Below the pieces are notes generated by a model. It did no database searches and was not told the DNA's origin. It saw only the letters and a program-made list of their open reading frames with translations. This document shows positions 30,308-43,200 of a stretch of DNA of 64,000 nucleotides, piece by piece (position 1 is the stretch's first letter; every line of letters begins with the position of its first letter). The stretch is from Trichoplax sp. H2 (lineage: Eukaryota), in the NCBI GenBank assembly GCA_003344405.1, contig NOWV01000002.1:1240001-1304000 (forward strand), in the 5' to 3' direction. A program made the translations under genes and the position numbers.

Positions 30308-30659
30308 TAGCATGCGATCTTAATCTACAGTGGTACAGTAGATAAGGTTTAGATAAGCCGTAAATAGTATTGTGCGATATCTAGGATTCCTCACGTTCTA
30401 TGGCGAGCATACTACAAGGTAACAAGCAGTAGTTTACAGGACAGGCAATGTTGCGACACAAGTAATTTTTTAATAGCAGATTTCATTACAGATTCTCTAC
30501 CGATTGAGATACTGCGTAATAGTACAACAAGCTCTTGACAGACAAGGAAAACTTCTTACAACAGCAGATCTTAGAAAAAGAAGGAGTAAGAATAACAATA
30601 ACAGAAAAGCAATAGCTGCTTCAAAACGTTATCTAACTTGTTGACAACAACAGTTTATC

Positions 30660-31449
30660 TAATAGCTTGACTACATATGGCAACGAAAAATAATTAAAAT
30701 TGATTTCAAGTTAAAGATGACTGAGTTCAAAGAAGGAGAGATGGAATTATCGATGCAGGATGATAGTGAAGAGGATTCAAATGAAACAAGACAAGGACTC
30801 CTACGCAGAGAATTTCAGCTTGCTCAGAATAAATAAAGAGCTGATACGTAATCATAAAATGACTCATTCGTCTTGATTGGATTGATGACAGGGAATCGCT
30901 ACAGTATAATTATGGGATGCAAGGGTAGCTGACATGGGGCCATAAAATGATTCTTTCCCAAGAATGATGAGCTAAGTGCCGTCAATAGGAAAGAGTCACT
31001 TTGCATGGTGATTTACTTAGCTACTTATTCATCGTCTGTCCACACTAAATTGGCTACTAATAGCTTGACTACACATGGCAACGAAAAATAAACTAGCTTT
31101 CAAATTAAATATGCCTGAGTTCAAAGAAGGAGAGATGGAATTATCCATGCAGGATGATAGTGAAGAGGATTCAAATGAAACAAGACAAGGACTCCTACGC
31201 AGAGAATTTCAGCTTGCTCAGAATAAATAAAGAACTGATATGTAATCATAAAATGACTCATTCGTCTTGATTGGATTGATGACAGGGAATCGCTACAGTA
31301 TAATTATGGGATGCAAGGGTAGCTGACATGGGGCCATAAAATGATTCATTCCCAAGAATGATGAGCTAAGTGCCGTCAATAGGAAAGATTCACTTTGGAT
31401 GGTGATTTACTTAGCTACTTATTCATCCTCTATCCACACTAAATTGGCT
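30660..31449 (+). repeat. Tandem direct duplication of a ~395-bp unit (30660-31057 and 31058-31449)
   Basis: Both units start TAATAGCTTGACTACA and end CACACTAAATTGGCT, with scattered substitutions. Confidence 0.9.
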
Positions 31450-31822
31450 CCTCTGTCATCATGGATGAATACAGTGCGTTTTGTCGACAGTAAGTCACTG
31501 ACATATCACTGGAAAATGATTCGTTCTCAATAGGCTCTACCTCCTTCATTGAAAATGAACGACTTCAGAAAGACAGGTTAACTATTCTAGCATCTCCTAT
31601 CTAACCTTGACCCTCATGTTATCCTTGATCAATAGTATGCATTTCGTCTAGTATCTGCCTAGTTCAAACTGGGCGCAACTGTACTACTGTACGTACGTAT
31701 GCGTCAATGAGGTCAAGAATCATTTCAACGGTAACATGTCCACTCTTCATTCGTCCCAAATCGATTGTCATTGGACTCTTCTGTCATCATGAATCATCTC
31801 AACATAGATAGGGTGGGCATGC

Positions 31823-32410
31823 AAAATGATTTATTCTTAATGAACGATATGCCATTGTATTATAAAAATGAGGGAAAATGAAAGATATGCCACTATATTA
31901 TAAAAATGAGGGAAAATGAACGATGTGCCACTATATTTAAAAATGATTTATTCTTAATGAACGATATGCCACTATATTATAAAAAAGATTTATTCTTAAT
32001 GAACGATATGCCTCTATATTATAAAAATGATTTATTCTTAATGAACGATATGCTACTATATTATAAAAATGAGGGAAAATGAATGATATGCCACTATATT
32101 TAAAAATGATTTATTCATAAGGAACGATATGCCACTATATTATAAAAATGATTTATTCTTAATGAACGATATGCTACTATATTATAAAAATGAGGGAAAA
32201 TGAACGATATGCCACTATATTTAAAAATGATTTATTCTTAATGAACGATATGCTACTATATTATAAAAATGAATGATTTATTCTTAATGAACGATATGCT
32301 ACTATATTATAAAAATAAGGGAAAATGAACGATATGCCACTATATTTAAAAATGATTTATTCTTAATGAACGATATGCTACTATATTATAAAAATGATTT
32401 ATTCTTAATG
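31823..32410 (+). repeat. Minisatellite of ~14 units: core ATGAACGATATGCYACTATATT(A)TAAAAATGA with two alternative linkers (TTTATTCTTA or GGGAAA)
   Basis: Directly visible tandem units of ~42 and ~37-38 bp. Confidence 0.92.
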
Positions 32411-35400
32411 GATTGTCAGCTACTTAGAGGCAAAATCGATTGAACTCATAAGGGCTGACAGGCGTCAATCCAATATACGAGTTGTAGAAATAGGATGAGT
32501 AGTTGACATGCCACTATTGAAAATGAATTGATCCACTTATTGTACTGAGTAGGCAATGGACAGAATGGTGACAGATTATGGTAGACAGGGAGTCCAATGA
32601 TTATTGATGTTTGTTGGATAGGAGTTCTATGGTATTGTTTATCCTTTGATAAAGTCGGACTACCCCACAGTAAAAAAGTGCTATTTATAATCGTCTATAG
32701 CTAGAAATGCTTAAGAATCTAGTAACACAATTATAACTTGGACAAAGGATGCCAAAGAGTTTATACTATGATACAAGATAGTCATCATTTTCATATTTTG
32801 GCGTAATATTCAGAAATATTCTCATTTTTTAGAACGTACCAACCTAAAAATATAAATTACAAAATCATAATAGTTTATATTTATCTTAACCACACCTTGC
32901 CACATGTATGTACTGATAATGTACATGAATTAATAATGAACAACTATCAAGCCATCTGGATTGATTTCTGCAATCTGGCAACGGTTTAATTCATTCCTCA
33001 CTCTCTATTCTATCGTTTGCAGATAAATTCATTGGTCGTCGACATCATTCATTTATACAGGATGCGCCATGCTAACATCAACATCACTAATATTGCTTAT
33101 AAAATTAATTAATTATAGATAAATAATCAGTTATCATTTTACTCTGTTAAAATTAGACGAAGCTGATTAAATTGTGATAGTTAGTAAAAGGAAATGGATG
33201 ATGTACTGTAAATCTTAAGTGTTCATATTAAATTATACAGAATTTACAAATACTCGTACTGCAAATTGTCGTTGTTGTATGTCTTACCGAAGCTTTACGT
33301 TAACACTGGAAACATACACTAAAACTAACTTATAGTAAGGTAGCAATTTGTTATACAGTAAAGGTAAATTTGCAAAGATCTACTATAAGTAGCTGTAATG
33401 AAAACTATTTATTTATCAATAGAAGGTTAATTTATAATTATTAACAATTTATTTGCAAAGTTACTTTGAAAATTTCTTTAGCAATACCTTGATTTCGATA
33501 AGTGAACTTATTGAATTTAGCAATTGCTATTGAGTAGTAGGTTAATCGTACATTTATTGATTTTACTCACCTGAGATACGTATAATATAATTTTATTCCA
33601 AATACTTGATGATAATACTCTGATATATGAAGGGATCAACGTATTAATAATTATTCAAGTGCAGTATAAAATCTGAATAATATTTGCTATAAAGTAAATT
33701 ATATATACTTCTTGCTCACTCTAATTTATTTACCATTAACCTATTAACCTCAATGTTATAGTAACAGTCCCCATTTGAAATCAGTTTAAGATTACTTCAG
33801 TTGTCATGCGCTATATTTTATAATTTAATTCATTTTGATATGTGCACTTAAATAATTCTACGAAATTCGGTAATCTTGTTGATATTGGCATGTATTACTG
33901 ATATATCCGACTGAATATTCGACTATTTAAATAATATACCAGCAAGCAATACTTTATTAGCATTTACAAATATGCGGTAGCACGAAGCCACTATATGAAA
34001 TAAAATTTAAGACAGTTTGAGTAAATCAGTTCTTTTGGGTTTACTAATGGATTTACGAAATCTAAAGGTCAAACTGTCCTAGGTAGTCATATTACATTTG
34101 AAATTGCTTTGAATTATAAAGTTCTTAATAATTCGCTGTTTTAAATTGACTAAAATTTATATGACGATCCAGATTACTAAATACTTCTGGAGTATTCCTA
34201 TTATTGTTTGACGTAACTAATTGAATCAAAGCACAGCAATGTAAATTATATGAATATTACGTAGTCTTAATTAAGGGCTGACTGAGCTTGTAGTTGTACT
34301 TGGCTTCTTTATAATTCTTAATACAGTAATGAGAGAATCATTGCTTTGGTTCTGAAGTCATATTCAATAGCGGCAATACTGTCTACAACTAAACTTTCGC
34401 TTATTACAGTACTCAAATTAGCTCATTTATGCAATGGTAACCGATATCTTGCATGAAACCTTTCAATACTACTGAATTTAAAGAAAATATCTAAACTACA
34501 TAAATTTAAATTAGATTGCTATCGACGCCTGAATTCAAGAAAAATATAACTCAAGACGTCGATGATTGTAATTTTATTCCGCTTTTGTAATGGAAGAGTA
34601 ATCATAAAGAACTTAAAACTAAGACATAAAACAAAAATAGTATTAGTGTCAGGAAAGAATTGATCTACTCAAGTGATGATAAAAACAGGAGACAAAAAGG
34701 AATGATTGTGCCTTATTATTATAATTCAACATTTTTAATCTATTACTACAAACGAATAGCCATGACCAAAGTAATAAATACATCGGATAGATATTCTCTA
34801 TCTTCGGATCCAGCATCAATTTCACTTAAGATGCTGTTATTATCTAAGGGATCATGGCGGTCACATAAACATGATTATTCAATTGCGAATAGCTCAGCCT
34901 GTCTAGCGTATATATTTTCTTGACAGAAATAGTATAAACAACAAGAGTATCTTTAGTTTAAATAAATCCATTATAAATTTAACATGGCCAGTATGCACAC
35001 ATCATCTATGTTCTATCACGCCCGCACTATTAAATCATCACGATATTCTCAAATGAGCATAATATAATATACAGTAACCTTCATTGTATGAAACTGCGAT
35101 ACTTCGTGCGCTAGTATACGGATAATATTAATATCTTGGTATGCTATTATTGCACGTGCCTTTTAAAATATAAGTTACTATTACTTGATATTCTATCATA
35201 GGTATCTATTGTGGTATCTCACCAGCAACATGTTATATCTTCATAGCACTTTTCAAAGCAAGATTCAATCTTATAACAGTTCTCTAACGTCTAACTTATT
35301 GAGTACGGTAATGAATTAGAAAGGTAATAGATGCCAATTTTACACGTATCTTTGCAACAAAAACCTTCTTTAACGTTTATAGATTGATATGAATAAATTG

Positions 35401-36177
35401 TAAAACTATTATACAATTTTATATCATCTGTTAGAATACGATACATTCATATCTATATACTGCAATGACCAACTACACAATATACTCGTATGTTGCCAAA
35501 TTTTGAAAGGATAGTCGGCAATAAGGTCTATATTATCTCCAATAAAATATTAGAGAAATCTTTCTTATCGATAAGGCTATAATTGCTTACATTTTAATGC
35601 ACTTATTAAACTCTGTAATTTTAGTTTTAGCCTACTAACATCGTAAATATTGTTACCGCAGAAAAATAAAAATGGCCATTTTCACTATATTCATGCACGC
35701 ATTCAGTCGGCAGCGCATATCGTGGTAACTAAAATTCTCTTACATGAAGATCTTTTAGTGTTTTTGTCATGGTACAGTACTAAATTTACTAGAATAAATT
35801 ATCTAAAGCCATTTATGGCTGCCAAATATAATGTTCGCGTTTACTTAGAATAGAAAAACTGTTAGCGATAAATAATATCAGTCGTATCGTATTCTTCGAT
35901 AGAATAAAAACGTTAATTTAATTTCCTGATGTAATTTAACGTGTGTAATATTCCAGAATAATATTACAATTCCAGTCTATCCTTGCGGTTAGGTTACATA
36001 AAATAGAAATATCTAGACCAATATCAGCCTTAAAATTCATTATTATCTTGGATGATAGCAGCTTAGGGATGAAACATAACAAGTCGGCTTTTATACCCAA
36101 GTAATACCTATTTTGAAACAAATGCAATGCAGACAGGTATTTTTTAGACTTGGCTGATATGGTCCTGGATCTAATAA

Positions 36178-37284
36178 TTACTTGACTGTATTTACCCATC
36201 GTTTGCACATTTTATTCGATAGTATAGAATAAATTAATGGATTAATAGCAGAATTGATCGCTAATAAAAAAATTCCAATGGGTACAATTTGCATAAATGA
36301 CCTACTTTCGACAATAGATAACTGCAACAGTTTGAACATTGCAATTAAGATAGCTGGTAACCAACAAGCTAAATTGGTAAAGGCGATCATCACAGCTATA
36401 ACTAATAAGTATCTTTCCGCTGTAATACGTCGTGTTTTAACTAACGTTACACGTCGGACATGATAAATAATTTTAGCATATAAAACTAGTACAAGTAGGT
36501 AACTCATAGACCATAAGCCAATAGATATAAATAGAAATATTTGCAGAGGAACATCGTTTAAGTTACCATACATGCATAAATTGCGAAAAGTACCACTCGA
36601 GGTATCATTGTCAGCAGTATTAATTGATCGAATGACGATATAGGTAGAACAAGCTATACCAACTAGCCAGCAAATTGCCATAATTATTATTGCACGCCGG
36701 CGAGTAATACGATAGAGGCTTCGATGATGAATAATGGTAATATAACGATCGATAGCAATAAAGAATGTTATTAACACCGACATAAATGAATCGATAGTAA
36801 TTAGTAGTCTTGCAATGGAACAAACTGGATCCTGTAACCACATAGCACCGATGGTTAGATTGCCGTTAACTGAGGGCGCTAAAGTGGTTGATAGGGTCGA
36901 TTTACATCTCCAGCTTTTAGTATTTATTGTCTGATTGCTATGATAATTGTACTTATTTTGATTTCCAGAATACTGTAAATGATAATGATAATCTGCTGAA
37001 GCAATAGTTAGCAAATAGAACGATCCAAGTAAATCCGCAACTGCTAAATTGTTGATAAAAAAAACCGAAACTCGTTTATTTTTACTATCGTTGGTACTAT
37101 CATTGACAGCATACTCTGGTGCAGTACGCTTGTGACGAGAAAAAATTCGACGGCAACGTCGAAATTTACCCATAAAAACATAAATGTTCGAAATTATACC
37201 TAATATGCCAAAAGACCAGGCTAACCCTCTTGCAACTTGGTTATCTTCTAATAAAAGCATTGCTAAGTTAGAACCATTAGCCAT
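36178..37284 (-). CDS. Intronless rhodopsin-class GPCR with an LGR/RXFP/GRL101-like 7TM domain, 368 aa; paralog of 23537-24646
   Basis: Shares LLEDNxxAxxxAW, RVSxFxIxNLAVADLxGSxYLL, CSIARxL and FIAIDRYIT with the other receptor. Also CWLP in TM6 and NSAINPLIY in TM7. Confidence 0.9.
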   Translation of the reverse strand: MANGSNLAMLLLEDNQVARGLAWSFGILGIISNIYVFMGKFRRCRRIFSRHKRTAPEYAVNDSTNDSKNKRVSVFFINNLAVADLLGSFYLLTIASADYHYHLQYSGNQNKYNYHSNQTINTKSWRCKSTLSTTLAPSVNGNLTIGAMWLQDPVCSIARLLITIDSFMSVLITFFIAIDRYITIIHHRSLYRITRRRAIIIMAICWLVGIACSTYIVIRSINTADNDTSSGTFRNLCMYGNLNDVPLQIFLFISIGLWSMSYLLVLVLYAKIIYHVRRVTLVKTRRITAERYLLVIAVMIAFTNLACWLPAILIAMFKLLQLSIVESRSFMQIVPIGIFLLAINSAINPLIYSILSNKMCKRWVNTVK

Positions 37285-40200
37285 CTTTATATCAATCCTT
37301 GTGATAGAGAAAATGCCGTTAGGATCAAAGTAGCTGTCCTTTAATCAAGGTAGAGTCCAATATTTGCGGCAATACAAGAATAAAGCTGAACCTAAAGTGA
37401 AAAATGAGTTATTACGATTAAGTATGGAAAAAGAAGAAAAAAATAACATTAAAAGTGGCTGTATATGAAACCTCTTCGAATATTAATATTAGAAATAAAG
37501 TTTGTAAATAGTAAAGCATCGTCGTACACTATTTCCTTGAAATTAAAATCGATATTTAGTTCTAATCCGTACCAGTTTAAGATAACGCTCAGAATTCATC
37601 CAAAAACGCAGCCATGCAATATTTATTACTTATCTTGGACTTTTGAATATGACATTGGTGTTTTTGATCAAGTAGACTTGCAATTATGCAATCTAAGATC
37701 AAGACGTTATTATGGAAAGGATTTTAAATTTGGTTAGGAATAGCTAGCAAATAGTAAAATATGTCTGATAGACGGAAATTAAGAAATAATATGATGGAAT
37801 AAGAGATTGAGTGGTGAGCACTCTAAAAGCGTAGAACAAAAATTATAATGTAAAGGACACGGAGAAAAAACATCAATTCGGATGTATAATTATCGATGAT
37901 AGCTAAGGTCGCAATGATTAAGAGAGTTATTTTCTTCCTTTAGTGTGTCAATTAATTTATAATTAATTATATTTGCATGGCTGTGTTGATTATATCATCA
38001 AGGTGAAATTGACTTTATTAATGGGTGGTACAAAATTCGACAATATCATTAAGTGCCATTAAAATGAACTAAATGCTTCCTCTTGTTGATAAATTTTGGC
38101 CAATTGATCTTTTCATAGTTATGTTTATTGACTAAGTTATGCTATCACCAACTTAATGATCGCTTCGGCAGGAAAGATAATGTATTGCATTCAATTTCTG
38201 TTTTATGACGTCAAAATTAGTTAACATAGAAGAGAAGAGAATGACTAAATAATATACAATGATATGCTTCATCATAATACCATTTATGAGTTATACATGT
38301 GCTATATGTAAATGTATTAGTATTTTTGCTATTCCTTCCTGCTCGCTATCATTTAAAAATAAGATGTTTTTATAAAACAGCAATTTTATGTCGTTAGTAT
38401 ACTTAGGATTTATGTTGTGAATATAATGTTATACTCTACAATAGTGCTAACAGGAAAATCAATCAAGCTAGAAGTACAAAAAACTAAATATAAAATTAGA
38501 CGATACCGTATCATCCAGCTTACTGTTGAGAACTTATTACAATATTTGTCCTAAAATACAATAAGAATAAAATATTTTAATTACACTATTTAAAAATAAA
38601 TTCGTGAGGGTATTATATTATATAACAATTTATTATTACTAACATAATTAATATTTAATTTGAGATATGTTAAAGTCTGATTACAGAGGTAAAATTGTAA
38701 TATCGTCAATAAGTCGTCTACAGTAGTCAGTGAAACCTCATTAAATTAACCTAACTGCTTAATATCGATTTGTACACTACCGCCCTTAATTCACTCAAAA
38801 ATGCTCATGATTGAAACCGGGCTATAGTACAGATGAACGATAGTTGACATTCAAAATCCTAAATTGAAAATAAGAAATACTAGTAATATGTTCTGCAGAT
38901 TCAATCAGAATCTAATAATAATATCTGTGGATATCATTACAATCAATTGTAAAGATATGTAATGTAAAGGCACAGACTTCTTTTCATAACAAAATATTGG
39001 CCAATATTACTGTAGAAATATGCTATGCACGATTATTTTAAAATTAGTTAATGAGATAGAATTGGGCAATCATTAATTGTAGCTTTTATTATTCATGTCA
39101 AAAGTAGATCAATACAAAATCGTTAATCCTATTTTAACAGTGAGCTAAACCTTTCTAACTAATATGAATCAGATTGAATTAATAAATTAATGAAATATCA
39201 AGGCAATCAATGGAAGAGTTATACAAACATCCCTGTCATCATCTGCTAAAGGTATTCCATTAAACAATAGGTATCGGACGTATGTATATTATACAGTACC
39301 GTTTATAGTAATTAAAAAGATAAAAATAATTTATTTACATTACTAAAATGACGTTTTAAAAAAATTAAATCTATCTAGTCGACCAATGTTTCAGATGCTT
39401 TTTGATGATATAATAAAAATGCACTCACGAAATGTTTAACATCTTATAAATAAATCTTGTCTATACAGTAATATAGCAACAGAAAGAGAGCATATTACTA
39501 GAATAACTTCGTGGATTGTGTATTAAAGAAAAGAGTGTAAAAACCAAAGTTATCGAAAAATAATGGAATTTTTAACAATACTGAGATCGGAAGCTAGAGC
39601 ATAGTGCCTAGCGATCTATTTTTTATGTTCTAAAGTAAATCTACATAAATGGTAAGTATATGAATAACCTAATAAAGTAAGTAGTTCATTACGGTGTTGG
39701 ACAGATCGATCACTGATAGGTGTTAAAAGTATACAAAATATATTTATGCCGTCTGATCGAGGATCCTTAACATTCTTGTCAAAGTACAAATTAAATTTTA
39801 ACATCATAACCAAAATCATAAAGTTCCGACTGTAAGTAAGCAATTGGAGGATCGTAATTAATCTCCATATGGCTAAAATTTAAAATATAAATACGATGGG
39901 ATTGACCCAAATATGTAAATTATTTGTAGAGTTCGAATAGATTGGATTTAGTTGCCATTTTTATTTAAAAATAAATTCAAACGTTCTACGGTACCAGGAT
40001 GATTCAATCTCTTATCAGTTCTAGCCAATAATTCACTGGTCTAAGATAGATATTGAAATTGTTTTGTATCAATAGCGTACTGTCACTACGATACTTTAAT
40101 TTGAAACTATATAAAACCTTGCTTTAGTATTTTAAAAGAGTAAATATCAATTATAGGTATGTATTACATATTGCCTGATAAATAGAGTTTAAGTGGCCTT

Positions 40201-43200
40201 CATTAATCGAAATTCTCGTATATATTGAATTAACCTGCTTTATCAATATTATATTGTAGTTTTCTAGGTAGCGATAGTTAATGGAATTTTCTTAAGTCGT
40301 AGCTGAGAATAAATAACTTAAATAAGGCTAAAATTATTAATAAGTGAAGATTAAGATTATCCGAGAGTTATGTGAGTAAACCTGACTCAAAGTATAGTAT
40401 ATTTACTAATCTGGAAACTGCCTATAGAGTTATATTATTGATGGTAGTATTTTTGTTTGTTTGTAAGGCACATCAGAGAATTTAGATCTATTTGAAATTT
40501 TAACCATTCTGCATATAATCTGAGAAAATTGAGCAATAAAGTAGTTTAGTACGATAGACTACCGATAAAATGAAATTTAATGCTTATATATATATTTAAC
40601 TGCGATGTACCATAACCGGTTGGAAACCAATATTGGAAAGCAAAGTTTTATATCTGGAACGTTAAGTAGGTTGATTACTCTGAAGGTACTGTTCTAGATT
40701 ACTTCTTTTCAGGATAGCATCTAGATAACATCTGATGCCATCCTGTATTATACAGAACTTAAGTTTTAGCAATAAACTTTTGATACAACAGTATTAATGG
40801 CTTAATTGCAGCCACACAGTTGCGTAATCGATGGTTGTATCATATAACAATAAAGATTATTAACTGTACTTTTTGCGAATATGATGGATATTGGCAAAGT
40901 CTTCATTAGAAGTAATTTTAAAACGTAATACTCATGTACTTATAGAGAGTATTAATCGTCGCTTTCTATTTAAATGGCATCGTTTCGAAAAATAGTAATT
41001 ATATGTAGAAGCTGACTTGTATAGCAAAACTAAAGACATTAATGATTGTTATGCAATAAGGGGTATTATTATCTTTAATTTATAGAATTACTATATAAAT
41101 TATGTTATCCTACATTAGCAGTCTTATAATAAATGAAAGGAAAATGTTACTTGCGTTAAAATTTAAATTATAACAATTTTAAAAATTATAACAAGGGTAT
41201 TTTGCGTTATTGCTATATCCTGAAATCGTTTTATTCTAAAAAATTTGGTATCGAGTCACGGCTACTGAATTAAAGTTTAGCGGCTAATGTTTGAATTACT
41301 GGTAGTATTTTTAATGTTTGGATATCATTAAGGTCGTATTATACTTTACATTGCTATACTACCGGTGATTATAAGGCTAAATCCACTAAATTCCCAGATA
41401 GATTTAAAAAGTGAAAAGGTATTAAATCAATGAAAATGATATTTGGAGTAACTCCTTTGCTGCACAATATTATAGGAGATATAATTGTGATTAATGTTGC
41501 GTAATATGCTAAATTAGTCAATTATAATTTTTAATTTAAGGTAATCGCCTATTTTGAAGTAATAAATATATTATTTAATACATCCATACTATCATGATTA
41601 ACAACCAAACAAGTATGCTAAATATACTACGTCAACGGAATCATCGACAATTTTTAACTACTACAATATTAAATCAACTAATTTAGATTTATTTTACTCT
41701 GAAAAAATTTAACATCACTAATACTGAGTTACATTTTAGGTACACGTAATCTACTTGGCATCGTAATATAAATTATTGACTTTCATTATCTGCCATCAAT
41801 ATTCTTAAGTTCATCAAAACAACGATGATGGCTTGTCATTTTACTGCATAGGGGTATACCTACAAATTTAACAGCAGTCCCAAAATAGATCTATCTAAAT
41901 TAGCTAGTCCTTGATCCGCGTTGAAGGACTGATGCACGTAATAAACTAAAGTTTCACAAGGACCCAAAGTTTTTTCTCATATAAGTGTTATTTTACTTAT
42001 TTCCAACTCTTCTTACATTCTTATAGTAATTTTAGTGCTTTTCATATAGAAATGATATTGTAAAGACACAGTTTCGCAGGCGCTAAATGGAATATGTGTG
42101 AAATATATGCATTACCTATTTGAGCGGCTATAAATTTTAAAATTCATTGCCAGATGAGTATATCTGCGATGATTATGTAAGATTTGCAATCGGTTATAGC
42201 AGATAAATAATATTGCAAATGAAGTAAACGTATAAAAGTGAAAACCATATTCAATTTACCCAGTGCTTATAAGCTTATTAGTTATTATTTGAGTTAATAG
42301 CAACTCCTTGTATATGTGTACAGTCGTGAAGATTTAAAGTTTTGCTTTTGAGTTAGTGACGCTGGAATCAGCTTCTTGTTAGTAGTAGACGCCTGCCGAA
42401 TAGGGAAAATATATTTTCATCAATGGGATTACTTCTGAAATGGGATATTAATGATTCTCAAAAATCTAAGTATTCAAACTTAATTGAATGATGGATTTGT
42501 CTCCTTCAAAAGCTTATCGAATGGCGTTGATATTCTCTATTTTAAATATGAATACGCTCTATACTACTTTTCTGTTCGTTATTCTCAGTACTAGAATTAT
42601 ACTCTATTAATAGCTGACATGGTAAACTACAGGATTATGCGCATCACTATTGCTAAATTTTTTTCATGACTACCAATCATGCATAATAGTTCTACCGTCA
42701 TAAATAATTGTTATTAATATACCAGCGTTATCTAAATAATTGGATTGAATTCATCTACTATTGGCTAGCCAATATTTGATATCGTTTTTGACATGGCATA
42801 GGATATGAAGCTTTTCTAAGGAAATTTGAGTCGGTAGCAGAATATTTAATTGGTATTTGCTGGTAGTATAATATTAAGAACTGGTTATTATTTCTAGAAT
42901 ATAGTACCAATAGAACTAGACTCACGTATTGATTCTACTATTTTGATTGTTGACTTGATAGTCTTTATAATAGTATAGCAAATCAGCCATCCCTTCGATT
43001 GGTATTAGTATAAGTCCATTGTACTGGGAATAGAATATAGAAAAAACAGGAAATAACTGTTTAATATTAATGGATAACAGTGAGATAAATAAACTGGATG
43101 AAAAGTTTAACCACAACGTCTGGCCTGCGCCCAAAAATGATTTTGTAACCCTCTTACAGTTTCATTAAACGCTTGTTTCAGATATTGCAGTTGATGAACC

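Noticed and set aside
31823..32410. CRISPR-like repeat array
   Set aside because: Only two short recurring linkers instead of unique spacers, no cas genes, and a eukaryotic context.
35936..36208. 90-aa ORF overlapping the GPCR 3' end as a frameshifted tail or separate gene
   Set aside because: The GPCR already ends after NPxxY and helix 8; the ORF has no recognisable motif or slippery site.
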